DNA from: Eledone cirrhosa
Taxonomy: Eukaryota
Reading direction: 5' to 3'
Assembly: GCA_964016885.1 (NCBI GenBank)
Contig: OZ024740.1
Coordinates: 384,090,001-384,154,000 of the forward strand
Length of the DNA: 64,000 nt
Shown: piece by piece, positions 1 through 14,819 of the stretch
Position numbering within the stretch: position 1 is the stretch's first letter
Layout of the letters: every line of letters begins with the position of its first letter
Translations under genes and position numbers: made by a program
The notes under the pieces: model-generated
What the model was told of the DNA's origin: nothing
Seen by the model: the letters and a program-made list of their open reading frames with translations, nothing else
Databases searched by the model: none

Positions 1-548
1 TATACTACCTTTAGAAATAAGTAATGGTATAAACATAACATATATTTAGCTACCACATCAAGACGTAAATATCCGCGTATAGTTCGTACTATCCGTTAGG
101 GTATAATGTGGGGCTGTACTACAGGAAAGCTTTGTGCAATTTATGTTTACAAGCCGAAATTGCCTCAGATTTTTTATTTAAGATGTGGTCTTTGGCGTAG
201 AGTATTTCTAGGGCCTCAGTGGCACAGAGGTCATATGGTCTTGTAATTCCGTTATACGATCTAGTCCGAGCTAGGATCTCCCAGTGTAAGTTATATTGGG
301 TGTGATTGTCTTTTAGACTCCAGATATAAGCTGAAAGTGACGTCATATTCCTTAAATGAGCATATTTACAACGACCATTCCACATATTACAATGAAGCTC
401 TTGCTCGGAGTGGATTTGTCGATAAGATAGCATATACAGAGTACGAGAATAGACCAAGGAAAAATATATGCCGACTCATTACATGGTATAGCCCAGCACA
501 TAATATGGAGGTGGCCACACCTTAGCTAAGATCTTTCTCTCCCTTGGT

Positions 549-1154
549 ATGCAGCATTTCCCACCATCACATCAATATAGTAAGATTTTTAATAGAAATA
601 CCATTAAAATTTCTTACTCTACGACTCCTAACCTGGCACCTAACATCACAGCTTCAAATTTAGCTAAATTACCTAGCCGTAGGAACACGTGCAACCCTGT
701 AGCTAGTACTAACTGTAACTGTAGGAATCGGGTTGACTGCCCCCTATCCGGGAAATGCCTCTCTAGTAACATTGTCTACAAATGTAAGGTTGAAACACCC
801 ACGTCCCGTAGGGCCTACATAGGGTTAACCGCCAATAGATTCAAGCAGTGTCTTTACATGCATACCCATTCTTTTCTTAACCCTTTAAGAAGGAATATGA
901 CGTCACTTTCAGCTTATATCTGGATTCTAAAAGACAACCACACCAAATATAAGTTACACTGGGAGATCCTAGCTAAGGCTAGACCGTATGATGGAAATAA
1001 AAGACCTTGTGACCTCTGTGCCACTGAGGCCCTGGAAATACTCTACGCCAAAGATGGCATCTTAAGCAAAAAATCTGAGGCCATTTCGGCTTGTAAACAT
1101 AAATTGCACAAAACTTTCCCGTATTACAGTCCCACATTATACCCTAACGGATAG
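549..1154 (+). pseudogene. PLE C-terminal region with GIY-YIG endonuclease
   Basis: IFNRNTIKISYS, CNCRNRVDCPLSGKCL, NIVYKC...YIGLTANRFKQ, SLSAYIW, CDLCATE, SACKH: the Cys-rich PLE GIY-YIG pattern. Confidence 0.85.
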
Positions 1155-1364
1155 TACGAACTATTCGCGGATATTTTACGTCTTGATGTGGTAGCTAAGT
1201 ATATATTATGTTTATACCATTACTTATTTATATAGGTAAGTATTTCTTACCTGTATCTTTTGTGAAGGGAAAGTTTCCACGAACCAAAGTATCGTCTTCC
1301 TGTCTTCCTTCGGTTGCAACGATTTTTGAAATATTTACTTCTGCTATCACAGATTAACTTTCTT

Positions 1365-1414
1365 AGTTTCAGAAGATCCCGTTAGGGTGAAAGCAGCGAT
1401 TATTTGCTTAAATT
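1365..1414 (+). ncRNA. Type I hammerhead-like motif, variant core CAGAAGA
   Basis: agttt-CAGAAGA-t-ccc(gtta)ggg-t-GAAA-gca..tgc-TT-aaatt. Stem I is extended by cagattaa/ttaatctg. Confidence 0.6.
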
Positions 1415-1526
1415 TTAATCTGTCATTTTAATAAATATTTGGCCTACGGTTCTTATATTTCTGATATATATATCTTTATAAAGCGCTCTTTGGATTTTAG
1501 TCTTCAAATTTATTATTATTACTATA

Positions 1527-1562
<36 letters not shown>

Positions 1563-1565
<3 letters not shown>

Positions 1566-1771
1566 AAGTATGACCACGACGGCAGAGCTCAAGCCGTTTC
1601 GACGGCTATTTCTGGACTGAAATAGCCGTGGAAACGGCCTGAGCCCCGCCGTCGGGGTCATGCTTTTTAACAAACCAGATTCCTCAATACTTAGTGTAGT
1701 AGAGCGAGTAATAGGAAAATGCATGACCCCGACGGCAGAGCTCAAGCCGTTTCGACGGCTATTTCTGGACT
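1563..1771. repeat. Fold-back short repeat family (palindrome plus partial inverted copy); relatives at 8243-8375, 13405-13795, 22868-23062
   Basis: gacggcagagctcaagccgtttcgacggctatttc and its reverse complement. The relatives share the tail tttcctatt..ccactctactaccc..gagtac..tggttccttaccac. Confidence 0.75.
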
Positions 1772-1774
1772 AAA

Positions 1775-2786
1775 TTAGAATGTTTAGCCTGGTGAATATA
1801 TAGCCGAACTTGTCAAGGGGCACTTCCTTATATGGGAAGATTATAGTTGTCAAGAGGATTCGTCAAAATTTGTTGTAAACACAAATAAGTCTATCATGGC
1901 ATTTGGTGGGAGGTATGGGTAGCTGAACTTGGCTGTAGAACAATGAGTGAGTGCGTGGAGCCGGTCAAGCGTTGAAAAGTGATATGTATAAAGCAGATTC
2001 TAAGGATAGTGTATAAAAAGCCGAAAAATTGTTCTGGAGAAAAGGGAGGAGGGAAGTTATAGAATAGGTAATTCGAATGAGAGTAGGAGACAATAAAAAT
2101 AATAGAAAAAAATCTAAAAAAATATACAGTGAGAAATTTATATAAAACAATGCTATCTTACAATTACAGCTTAATAAGTTGAGAATAGAAAAAAAATAAA
2201 AATTGCAGAAATGGAGAAGTAACAAAAATAATACAAAATTACAGGGCTCTAAGACACATGCTATAAATAGTTAGTAAAGTATATTCGGCCAATTCTATCT
2301 TAAAATTACAGGGGTGGGGGTACTGAGGCTACAAATGCCCGATGGGCTGCTTCGGGGTAGGCGAAAGGGTAAAAAACAGACGAGGAAGAAGATCAGGAGT
2401 GGAAGGAAGCGATAGGATGAGACAAGGGGAAGAAGAAAACATAGAGGATAAGAAGAGGTACATCTACCTATGTAAGCTGGGGTTTCCCCTAACTTATTCG
2501 GCAAGTGGGTTCGTTATGGGATTTGAGGGCGAGGTAAGTCTTACGCAATCTGTGTTTGCATGCGGTTACCAGTTCGTCTTTCTTGTTTAGGAGTTGGTCC
2601 TTCGAAAACAGCATTTTTAATGTTTCCTCCGAGCATAAGTTACACGGACGGTGTCCTCCCGTGTAACAGCTTTCGGAAAGTATGTCGGTGTTGGTAGAGC
2701 CGGGTCTTGAAGTCACAAGCGGTTAATCCTATATAAGCTTTGTCGGAGGTGTCCGTCCTCACGTTGCACTGGTAGATCACGTTACG
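1775..2786 (-). mobile_element. Degenerate PLE 3' fragment (GIY-YIG plus 3' region)
   Basis: Minus-strand NVIYQCNV..AYIGLTACDFKTRLYQH and RPCNLCSEE..LLNKKDELVTACKH (2489-2786) are homologous to 549-1154. Confidence 0.75.
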
Positions 2787-3329
2787 TACATACATACATA
2801 CATACATACATACACACATACATACATATATGGTTACATACATGTATACATACATACTTTCATGCATACATACGTACATACATGCATACATACATATATA
2901 TATGCATTCATACATCCATCCACACATACATACATAGGTTGCTAACTGCTTCAATATTGGAGAAGCAGAGTAACAGCACGTCTAATTAAGAAATTGAAAG
3001 TACAGTTCAATAATGGATTTGTAAACATAAAATTTCTCAGAAATTCTGCATGTAATACAAGAATATAAACATGTATAATCAGAGAGACATATGCATGTGT
3101 ACACATGTAAAACAAAATTTACAAATCTACTCGAACAATAACATCCATACCTCCACACTAACCCCCCCCCCCCCCCCCCCACACACACACACGCACACAA
3201 ACACAGGTATACATAAGTATTTACCTAATTGATGTCTAAATTCCAATGAACGTGGTTCGTGTCAATGTTAAAAACTGGCTCCCTATCTATTGGAGAACAT
3301 TTACAAAATAATTAAACCAGAAGAACAAA

Positions 3330-3765
3330 CATACATGATGGCTGCAAACTCTGCTAAGAGTATTGCAATTGCTTGTCAGATTCAGATTTGTAACGCTCGG
3401 ATATGGCTTTCAAGCCTGCTAGAGACTTGCACTCCTTCGCACATCGACAACAACTATGGATCTGCCTGATTTCAGGTCTTGCATCAGGTTGCCTGTGAAC
3501 CTTCAAAATACCGTTGAGATCATAGTTCACTGGTTCTCTCTGAACATGGTTCCGACTGGGGCTCCTGAGACCAGATTTGCTCAAGCAAATCTTTTCACAC
3601 TCAGGACACACAAATTCACTGGAGACAGCGAGTCTTACGCACAAACCGTTTGATCCTGTCGTGCTCTATATGTCTGTCCTCAAAATTATCGACCCCATCA
3701 TTCACCATTCCACGCCAAGTTTCTCGATGATGATTTCATCCGCCGGTCCATTTCATCCAGACCAA
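3330..3765 (-). mobile_element. RTE-clade LINE 3' end with C2H2-like zinc fingers
   Basis: ORF 3354-3644 has CPECEKICLSKSGLRS..H and CCRCAKECKSLAGLK. It ends in gcagccatc(atgt)n, like the adjacent family. Confidence 0.6.
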
Positions 3766-3798
3766 CACAGTTGTATACATACATGCATACACACATAC

Positions 3799-4399
3799 AT
3801 GGTGGCTGCCAACTCGTCTTCGAGTACGGCCACTACTTTATATCCATGTAGGAGAACCCATACCGATGCGCTGAACGAATGTGACTTTTTAGTCCAGCCA
3901 GCGACTTGAAAACTCTGGTATAAACACAACACTTGTGACAATTATTGACACAGTGCTGGGCCCATAGTACCATGTGGCGACAAGTGCAGAGAGATTTCCA
4001 GATATAAACCAATTCCTGTGTCGTGAAGCTTTTATAGTGAGAAAAGGCATTGCACAAAGCCAGTCCCACTCTCTTAACGAAGATGATATTTACCAAAAAG
4101 AAGAAGTCAACATCATTAGATACCATCAGGGTTCAGGTGTTATATCAGAGTTTTCCTTCTCCTAGAATTCTGCCTTGACAAATGCTAAGGGGTCATCTCT
4201 CCCGGTGATTTTGGATGGCCATTGACATTTAAGAGCTCCTTTGCCCTTTGACAGGTTTTGTTTTTAGTCCTGCAGGATGTCCAAAGTCACCCTCCTCACC
4301 AAGAGAGCTTGGTAGGGATTTCAGTTTAGTCGCCAACGACCCGACCATGGGACAGGTGTACTGGAATACATGTTACCAGTAGCACCAACTGGTGACCTC
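3799..4399 (-). mobile_element. ~600-bp non-autonomous RTE-derived element, copy 1
   Basis: Closely similar to 22243-22840 and 56156-56761. The 3' end encodes a zinc-finger remnant (RVFKSLAGLKSHIRSAH), followed by a microsatellite tail. Confidence 0.75.
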
Positions 4400-4968
4400 A
4401 CATATATACATACATACATAGGCAACATATATAACAACAGGCGATCAGATGTGCAATCAACGCGTGTCGCAACAAAATGTATCTTGACCAGCCATCAACG
4501 AAAGAAAACATAAAATGACAATATTAAACGGAAAGTTCCTTGATATCGACAAAATCGGAAGTGAATATCTATGAAAATGTATTGGCAAATTAGCATACGT
4601 AAGAAAGGAACGGTGTCGTGTGTAGTTGTCGATAAGTATTGCAAATGTACCTTCTTATTCCATTATATTTTAAGTGATTAGATATTTCGTGGGCACTAAT
4701 ACGATTAAATCAATCTCCAAGCCGAATCGGCAGTTTTTCTTTGTGATAAATATTGCCCTTATAAATTTCCCCCAACGCAATTTGCATCATATTCCGCGAA
4801 ATTGCTGTAAACAATATTTTCTCGAGGAGCTGAATAGTGGGATACAAGGTGACACTGTAAAATTACCATGCGAAATACTTTAAAATAATTTCATATGGAT
4901 GCGTTTATATATAAATACATATATTTACAAATAATGTGTATCTCTACACAGAGATTCATAGATAAAGT

Positions 4969-5483
<515 letters not shown>

Positions 5484-5484
<1 letters not shown>

Positions 5485-7932
5485 GAATTATATGAATTAT
5501 AAGAATCAAAGAACTGTTCAAAACATTTTTATGCTTACAACTGTTTCCTCCAAACCGAGGTTTCGATTCTTCGGAGCAATTTATTATTGAATGAACACTT
5601 ATATGACCTCCTTTTCACCCAAGAGACATACAGATACATATGCAAATATTGTGGGTCAACATTCATTATTGCATTTAGTGAGGCAGTACACATTTAGAGA
5701 TTACATTCATATTAAAAGATACAATCAAAAATACAATCAAAAATACAGGTTAAAATACAACATGAAATTAAGCGGTTATAGAGTGCAAAGGTTATATGTG
5801 TGGAAAGCACGTGCGTCTTGTTTATATAGTGTGGCAGAGAGTTACGTGTAATAGAAGGACTTAAGCAGGTAATCGAGAGTGTTAAGGTGGTTGATGTGGT
5901 GATGAATTCTTTATATGATTGTTATAGCTTGTGTGTGGAGAAATAATATAAGTATTAAAAATAGTGTAAGCATTAAAAATATTGGAAATGCGTAGCGAAG
6001 CGATGATATGGATTTCATGCACTGCGACATTTTCATAGTCTGGGGAGCGTATTTTACAGATTATATGCCCATCACATAATCCACGACGGTTCGATATTGG
6101 GCGTTTGACAATCCAGTTAGAGAATCGTAGTCTGATGTTCTTTAGCTCAATACAGGAGGGTGTTACGTTGCGAGAATCGACATCCAAATACTACCCGGAA
6201 GTGTGTGTGTGGCTAAGGGGAGTTAATACATGAGGGGAGGTAACTCAGTGGTTTCTATTACTAACTATTAAATTGTGTCTCAAAATAGACCCTAACTTAT
6301 ATGGTTATGCGTAGTTTCTATAAAAAATCTGAAGTGTTTGCAACTTGCCAGCACCGCTTCAGACATTCCTTCCAAAACTTTAAGCCCAATATATAGCAAT
6401 GTCGGACTTGAACCAAACACCACCTCTAGCATCAAACACCAGGGGCACACCTTATACCACATCCGCAACACTCATTGATCTAATATAACACAAATCGCGA
6501 CATCCCTCTAGAACCCTTCACAGGGGGAATACCCCTTTGTACTTCTACTTTAGGTGTGACAACATTCACTTGCTTGAATTGCACTACACCAATTTATAGT
6601 TAATTTAAGCATTGACTTGATTGTATTGTTGGTGCTATGCGGAGGAAATGCCATCGTTGGACAAATGAAAAACAAATTAATCTAGTAACGCTGATGAGCT
6701 GTACGACCGGTATGCTGAGTGCAGTGAATGAATGTATTGCAGGTGGCGTATGGGTTGTACATATATGTATGATTTGATGGTCAGATTGGAGTCATGAGGA
6801 GTGTGGATTGATCTCTGGTCGGCCCTGGTGATGATTATCTTTCGACATCCAATGTAGCAAGCACTGACACGGAACTTACCAGGGATCATTGTATGTTGAA
6901 GTGATTCTGCAATCACCTTGCCTGGTTCTTTGAGTAGACTGCAATCACAGAGATCATTAATTTAGAATTCTTGCTCGTCGTGTATAATATTCATTTGTGG
7001 CAATCTACGATAGGGATTAAGCACCATAAAAAGAACACCTTCAGCACAACTTAATAGACTACGCTATAGTTAAAAGACTTTAAATTTTTAGAAATGTTGT
7101 AGAAACTACGCATAACCATATAAGTTAGGGTCTATTTTGAGACACAATTTAATAGTTAGTAATAGAAACCACTGAGTTACCTCCCCTTATGCATTAACTC
7201 CCCTTAGCCACACACACACTTCCGGGTAGTATTTGGATGTCGATTCTCGCAATGTAACACCCTCCTGTATTGAGCTAAAGAACATCAGACTACGATTCTC
7301 TAACTGGATTGTCAAACGCCCAATATCGAACCGTCGTGGATTATGTGAGGGGCATATAATCTGAAAAATACGCTCCCCAGACTATGAAAATGTCGCAGTG
7401 CATGAAATCCATATCATCGCTTCGCTACACATTTCCAATATTTTTAATGCTTACACTATTTTTAATACTTATATTATTTCTCCACACACAGGCTATAACA
7501 ATCATATAAAGAATTCATCACCAGATCAACAACCTTAACACTCTCGATTACCTGCTTAAGTGCTTCTATTACACGTAACTCTCTGCCACACTATATAAAC
7601 AAGACGCACGTGCTTTCCACACATATAACCTTTGCACTCTATAACCGCTTAATTTCATGTTGTATTTTAACCTGTATTTTTGATTGTATTTTTGATTGTA
7701 TCTTTTAATATGAATGTAATCTCTAAATGTGTACTGCCACACTAAATGCTATAATGAATGTTGACCCACAATATTTGCATATGTATCTGTATGTCTCTTG
7801 GGTGAAAAGGAGGTCATATAAGTGTTCATTCAATAATAAATTGCTCCGAAGAATCGAAACCTCGGTTTGGAGGAAACAGTTGTAAGCATAAAAATGTTTT
7901 GAACAGCTCTTTTATTCTTATAATTCATATAA
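5484..7932. mobile_element. ~835-bp inverted repeat pair around a ~780-bp spacer; probable PLE derivative
   Basis: 5484-6321 is the near-perfect reverse complement of ~7100-7932. Each arm has an HHR-like motif near its outer end, and the element is flanked by (TA)n. Confidence 0.75.
7841..7889 (+). ncRNA. Minimal type I hammerhead-like motif, variant core CCGAAGA (mirror copy 5531-5579 on minus)
   Basis: ttgct-CCGAAGA-a-tcgaaacc(tc)ggtttgga-g-GAAA-cagttg-TA-agcat. Confidence 0.55.
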
Positions 7933-8094
7933 CTGCTCTGTAAATCATCTGATGTTATTACATTGAGCTACTTAACTTACTGGTAACAAGGTAGTAATAT
8001 ATTACTGCCTATCACTATTTAGGGTTTATAAAAATATATATAACTGCAAAAGGTTTTTGTATTTGCATAACCATAAATAGTATAATTAATACTA

Positions 8095-8151
<57 letters not shown>

Positions 8152-10195
8152 CTGTGTGTGTGTGTGTGTGTGTATATATTCATAAACATGTGTATATATT
8201 AATAAATATGTTAGGAATATGTATAAACATGTTAGGAAAAGACTCAAGCAGTCGAAACAGCCTGAGCTCTGCCGTCGGAGTCCTGAATATTTTCCTATTA
8301 TCCACTCTACTACCCAAAGTATTGAGTACTCTGATGCGTTATGCTCCACGTGGTTCCTTACCACACTTCCTTCGTTACCATACTACATTCGTTAGCTTGG
8401 CTGCAACCAGAGCTTCGATGATGCTGTACTAATTTTTGTATATAATATATATATGAACTGTATTTTTATATCTCACTTAATATAGTGCAACTTCCATAAT
8501 TAAAAATAAGCGCTTTGCGTTTTTGTGAATTTTACATCAAACCACATACCGGTAATAAGCTGATACGAACAAACTTTTTTTCGATATGTTAATATTTATG
8601 TACGAGAAATTCCGTACATTTGCAAATAATAATGTCATTTTCGAAGAACTAGAGCTGATTTTACAGATGTATGAAAAATTGTATATATTTTGCCAAAACA
8701 CATGGTTGATTTATATATATGAACTCGAATTTTACACGAGTATATACATTTTGCAATTTATTTTATTGAGTAGTTGGTGAAATGACAGAGGAACTGATGT
8801 CACCTTGACCTATTTCGGGTCCGACAATAGGCAAAAAGGGTTGTGTATGCGGGACAGTCTCCGATTGTATTTAGTCATTCCCAAATATCAGGGCTTATGG
8901 TGGTCTAAATGAATTATTCTATTTCTCCGCGAACATCTAGAAATGGGCATACGCTCCATAGAGAGGAATGATTATAATACATACTTTTCAGGAAGAAATG
9001 AGAGGGTAGAACCATGACTCTTTTCCATGTCTCCGGGAATGGTAGAATGTATCCTGAAACGGAACACTTATCCCCAGTCATTGCAATCTCTATATTGGGT
9101 GAGCCTACGTATATTAGGTTCAAGCAGGAAATTCAGAAGAATGAGTCAAATTTGACAACTGTTATAGAATATAGTACTGAGCTTCCCAAAAAGGGACTAG
9201 AAAATCTAGAATAAGTTTATAAGGTGAAACACAATGGAAAGTTTAAAGTACAGAATCAACGTGGTTATTCAAGAAACAATACTTCAGCTGAATTCCATTC
9301 AACAACATTGTTTTCATAATAGCATCAGCAATGCCAAAATAGTCTTAAAATCAAATTTGAAACAGCACATAGCGTTGGGACACCACTCCACCAATAATTA
9401 TTTGCGGCACGTTATGTATTTTACATTCAACGAAAACTGCACAATTCAGTAGTGTTTGAGACACATCAAGGAATTCGTTTAGAATAAGTATAGAAAGACG
9501 TTTCCTATATGTAAAATTAGATATGGATGGGATTATACTGGCTTATATAGAGAGAGAACCTGGGGTGCTGAGACCAAGGAAATAACTAATCATGGATGTA
9601 CTCGATGCATGGAGAAATGTAGAGTGGCTATAATATATATAAAATTGCTATAGCGGCGCAAAGCAGTTTCGGCTGCTGTGTTCAACAAGCTTTTCTGTGT
9701 GTTTGTATTTCTCTGTGTGTGTTTGTGTATGTAGTAATATTAAAATGTACATAGAAGAGTGTCTAAGCAAATGTGTTTTATATAGAATTTACAATAATTA
9801 CATATATGTACCTTTCTATGTATACATTGGTTATTAAATGTCCCTAATTATGTCCTGCTTTGTATAGAGTTTAGATTGCTATTACAAGCAAATATACATA
9901 GGTGTATTTATATATCAATTGTTGCAAATACTAGGTAAATGTCATAGTAAACATGAATTATTCATCTACACTATGAAATCGATATAAAAACTAGTGATAC
10001 ATGTAATCATCTTTGTATTGGAATATTATAGGATAGTCGCATTTACAGAATTTAAAAGTCAACTGATTTTTCAAGGTTTTTGAATTTAAAGATATATGAG
10101 GTACAAAAGAAATCAATAAGATTTCATTTTTACAACTTTTATTGAATTTCAGCAAGTTTCTCTTTTATCGGGAAAACGAAAATGTAAACACCTTA

Positions 10196-10276
10196 CACCT
10201 TAAATGAAGTAAATTCACCTTAAATGAAGTATATACACCTTAAATGAAATATATACACCTTTAATGAAGTAAATTC
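10196..10276 (+). repeat. 20-bp minisatellite, 4 copies
   Basis: caccttaaatgaagtaaatt and variants in direct tandem. Confidence 0.9.
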
Positions 10277-12550
10277 GCGTATTTAAGATTTAACCTGGTA
10301 CATCAAGCTTGGTGTAAATCTGGGACCATCCTTGGTGTAATACTTAATCATTTACTAGTTCCAGTTGTTAGATTACAAATCTGAGGCACAGACTTCATCG
10401 AATTTTGTCATCAACCTGTTACATAATTTCTTGATCTCTATTTGTCGATCCGTTAAGTTAAAACGAACAAACAAAGAGTAAACGGAAAACGGGTACACAA
10501 ACGCACACGATTACCCACTCATGCACATACAAGCAAACACATGTAAAAACACGCAAGCGTGTACATTTCTTTCAAAAGTTTTACATTGAAGAAAAGCTGT
10601 ATTAGATTTCAAACTTTTTTCTACTAAAACGTGTTAATATTCCCCCATTAGAGCATTGTGTTTAGTTTCAAAAAGTAACGTTCATAAATCTATTTGCGTT
10701 TGAAGACCATTTTGTCATACCTTTATAAGGTGATGATAATGGTGTAAATATAATCGACGTGAAAGTTTATAGGAATGATGTTTTAACTGATAATATGAAA
10801 TTTGCCAAATAGAAAACTGTTTCACTGTTAACTACACGATACAACCATAATTTTCTTTCAGGGCAGTCTTATCTCTATGTTGATTTATGATAAATATTTT
10901 TACTATTAAAAAAGCTTTCAAGGTTGTTAAATTCTACATAATATAGAAACATTATCAACGAAGGTTTTTTCTATTTAATTTCGTTTCGTGTTTTGTAACG
11001 TAAAGTGCTGTAATCGCTATTTACTATGAATGCATGGATATTCGATACAAAACTGTCGTATTTGTGAATCCAATGAACATGTTGTACCATGTAGTAAACA
11101 TCGTTAAAGTTTAGATTGAAATGTGTATAATTCATTGGTTACTCGAAATGGCTTGCATGTTTATGGTAATGTGGTAGTGGGAATATTTTGAATTTTAGCT
11201 TTTTACAATGTACAATACTAGTTCGTGGTGATGAGTGATACAATCTGCATTCTATTTTATGAGTATTTTTCTTAACTTTCCTAATGTTCCAAAACATTCG
11301 TTTCCATTATTCTTTGAATTTTTATTGATATCACGCAGTGGACTGTGGACATGTTGGATTGTGTCGATGATATCGACCTCAATATTTATTTTAGTCTGAT
11401 ATTTACATTATTAGTAACTATTAGATAAACAAACATTAAAGTTACAGTACATGAAAAAACTACAAAATAAACACATATATACATCTACATCATATCAAAA
11501 TTTAAGTTATAAAACAACCTTTGCACAGTGGTTGAGTTGTATTTGCGACCCGACAATATGCAAGATTTATATTACAAGTAGCTGCCATATTTCATATAAT
11601 ATAAATGATTTCACATTTTGTATTCAATCTCTTCTCGAATATCAAAATGTGGGCTTACGGCAATTCTAGGTGATATGCCGAAAAACATTTCTAGAGGTGA
11701 GACGCAATTTCCTCCGGAAGTATGCATAGGATTTTCTGATGACTTTTGCAGTTGATAAGTAAATTCGTATGTCTTTGATATGCCATAAAAAAGACATAAT
11801 GGTTTGAACAATTCTTTCAGATGCACTATTTAATGACGTTTTGTAGTTGAGTGTTTCAAACACCATACTTTAACCAAAGTGTCAATGAAATTTAGAAATA
11901 CGTGGTCAATTGTCAGAAGCCCGATATTAAAACAATATTGGTATTTACTAACTCATCGAACTCATTAAGACAATTCAGTTGTGTTTCCATTTCTATGGAT
12001 TGTCTTAGTGATAACAAATGACAGTTACTCCCAAAAGAATGCCCCAGTATTTCCGCACAAGAAATGTGTCGCCCCCTAGAGGAGAAGTTTTAGTTATAGA
12101 GGGGCAATGGTCAACATTATATTACAGGGTAATAATAGTTGCATAGAAGTTTGAGATGTGCAGTGAGAGAATTTGTAAATCATCTACAATGTAAGTGAGG
12201 ACTAATAGAAAATACTGTTAAATGTGATTATGTTAAAATATATTGTATTTTGCTTTTTCATTTTAAAAGCGTTTTCTTTATTTACGGATTCCACAAACTG
12301 TTATTGATTTCAAATTGTGTTACATACACTAAGGCGTCAAGATCTTGCAAGTAGACCTGAAACCTTCCCCTTTGTGGTGATGGGTAGGCAAGTGTTCCGG
12401 GATACGGGAGCGGGGCCTAGGTGGAGAGGCCAGGTATTCATGTGTATAGGTATGTGTGAGCCGATGGGGTGAACTTCGTAGATGTACATTATTGTTTCTA
12501 TATTTTGTATATGTATATATGCGTATGTGTATGTATATTTCTATTTCTAT

Positions 12551-12622
<72 letters not shown>

Positions 12623-13276
12623 ATATATATATATATATATATATATATACGTGCGTGTGTGTGGGTGGGTGTTTGTGTTTGTGTGTGTGTGCGTATGTGT
12701 TTGTATCTCTGTATGAGTAAACTGTATTTTTGCATCAATGCATTACCTAAATATATCATGTCAGTTAAGGTTGTAGATAGGAGGATTAGTTTACTTGCAA
12801 ACATTTAGTTTTAAGGTTTGAAGTGCAGCTTTATTTAAACACGCTTTACAATCTGAAATCTTAGTTTCCATGCCATTCAGAAATTTTGGAATTGAATTAC
12901 AGAATAAGGAATACATGTATATAAGCATCATAAATGAATGTTCAGTGTGGCGAATATATGTAGCGATACTTTAACACCTTTTAAGATTTGTCCACAGGCT
13001 TTGAATTAGTTGATATAAGAAAGACGCCAATACCTGTGGTAGAAGAAAAATATAAAAAAGGTGTTGCTTCCAGTTGAGATTGTGCAGAACCGGAAGAAGC
13101 CAAACTTAGAAGAAATAAACAGTCCAATGCTTTGTGATTCACTAGAATTTCTTTGCTTCATTTCATAGTGCGCAGATGTATAGATGTATATAGCTTAGAA
13201 GATGATTTAGTATTGGAAATTGTTGTTTGTGACACAAAGCGTCTCTGTCTCTCCCCCCTCTCTCTCTCTCTCTCTC

Positions 13277-13368
<92 letters not shown>

Positions 13369-13561
13369 GAGAGAGCGATAGATACATATATATATCTTTA
13401 TATAGGAAAATAGTCAGAACCCTGACAGCTGAGCTCCGGTCGTTGCGACAGCTAGATCCGAAATGTCTTCGGATCTAGCTGTCGCGATGACCGGAGCCCA
13501 GCTATATATATATGTATCTATCTCTCTCACTTTCTCTCTCTCTCCCTCTCACTCTCTCTCT

Positions 13562-13643
<82 letters not shown>

Positions 13644-14073
13644 ATAAAGAACATACATTTGGATCTACCTGTTGCAACGACCGAAGTTTCGTCGTTGGGG
13701 TCCTGACTCTTTTCCTATTAACCACTTTACTACCCTAAGTATCGAGTACACTGGTGCCGTATGATCCACTTGGTTCCTTACCACATTTTCTTTGTTCTTT
13801 ATATCATTATACACACACGCACACATATGTATATATATATATATATATAAACAATTAAGTTAAAAATGTACATCCACATATGTATACTGAAATACTAGTA
13901 TGCATATGAATACACACACGTATACATATGTAGATGTACCAAGTTTTTCACTGGTCACTTTACTGTGAGTGTCCAGCTATTCTGTATGTAAACACACAGA
14001 CAAACCGGTTTTTAGAGTCATACTGGTTTTTGAGGAAACACCTTTCCTCTATTCTCCAGAAAGCCAGACAAGG

Positions 14074-14118
14074 AATATTGAACTAGTTTCGTTGTTGTTA
14101 CAACTCATCAGCAATATT
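14074..14118 (-). ncRNA. Minimal type I hammerhead ribozyme
   Basis: Reverse complement of the motif at 14775-14819. Confidence 0.85.
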
Positions 14119-14774
14119 TACCTTTCTTCCGACCTTTCTGGAGAATCGTAAACGCACATATCGTTATATGCTTTTTCTATGAAAATTAGTAGTGGGCAGA
14201 CTAATTTGCATAGAGCGTGAGTGCGTACCGGTTCAACGGAGACGATAAAAACAAATAACGAAACGAAATTAAATTTCGTTTCGTTTGTAACTCACTTTTG
14301 TATGACTGACGCTTAAACAATTAAGTTAAAAATGTACATCCACATATGTATACTGAAATACTAGTATGCATATGAATACACACACGTATACATATGTAGA
14401 TGTACCAAGTTGTAAAAACCGGTTTGTCTGTGTGTTTACATACAGAATAGCTGGACACTCACAGTAAAGTGACCAGTGAATAACTTGGTACATCTACATA
14501 TGTATCCGTGTGTGTATTCATATGCATACTAGTATTTCAGTATACATATGTGGATGTACATTTTTAACTTAATTGTTTAAGCGTCAGTCATACAAAAGTG
14601 AGTTACAAACGAAACGAAATTTAATTTCGTTTCGTTATTTGTTTTTATCGTCTCCGTTGAACCGGTACGCACTCACGCTCTATGCAAATTAGTCTGCCCA
14701 CTACTAATGTTCATAGAAAAAGCATATAACTATATGTGCTTTTACGATTCTCCAGAACGGTCGGAAGAAAGGTA

Positions 14775-14819
14775 AATATTGCTGATGAGTTGTAACAACA
14801 ACGAAACTAGTTCAATATT
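14775..14819 (+). ncRNA. Minimal type I hammerhead ribozyme
   Basis: aatattg-CTGATGA-gttgt(aaca)acaac-GAAA-ctag-TT-caatatt: perfect 7-bp stem I, 5-bp stem II, palindromic ACTAGT stem III. Confidence 0.9.

Larger units (their letters stand above)
1..1520 (+). mobile_element. Penelope-like retroelement remnant (5'-truncated) with inverted 5' arm
   Basis: 1-353 is the reverse complement of ~890-1242. ORFs 337-525 and 549-1154 encode the PLE thumb/linker and GIY-YIG. The 3' region carries an HHR-like motif and ends at (TA)n. Confidence 0.85.

Noticed and set aside
8914-9452. Short ORFs at 8.9-9.5 kb, 11.4-12.1 kb and 35.5-35.7 kb as host exons
   Set aside because: No recognisable domain or consistent splice structure.
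10196-10276. 20-bp repeats as a CRISPR array
   Set aside because: The repeats are contiguous with no unique spacers, there are no cas genes, and the context is eukaryotic.
13969-14151. 60-aa ORF repeated three times (13969, 14742, 15208)
   Set aside because: It has a GTG start, lies antisense to the hammerhead and has no motif. It recurs only because the 466-bp unit is repeated.
14136-14212. Second, antisense hammerhead in the 466-bp unit (CTGGAGA..GAAA-attagt..actaat-TT)
   Set aside because: The core deviates, GAAA is GAAC in the other copies, and no stem I can be formed. It is not accepted as an ambisense ribozyme without testing.
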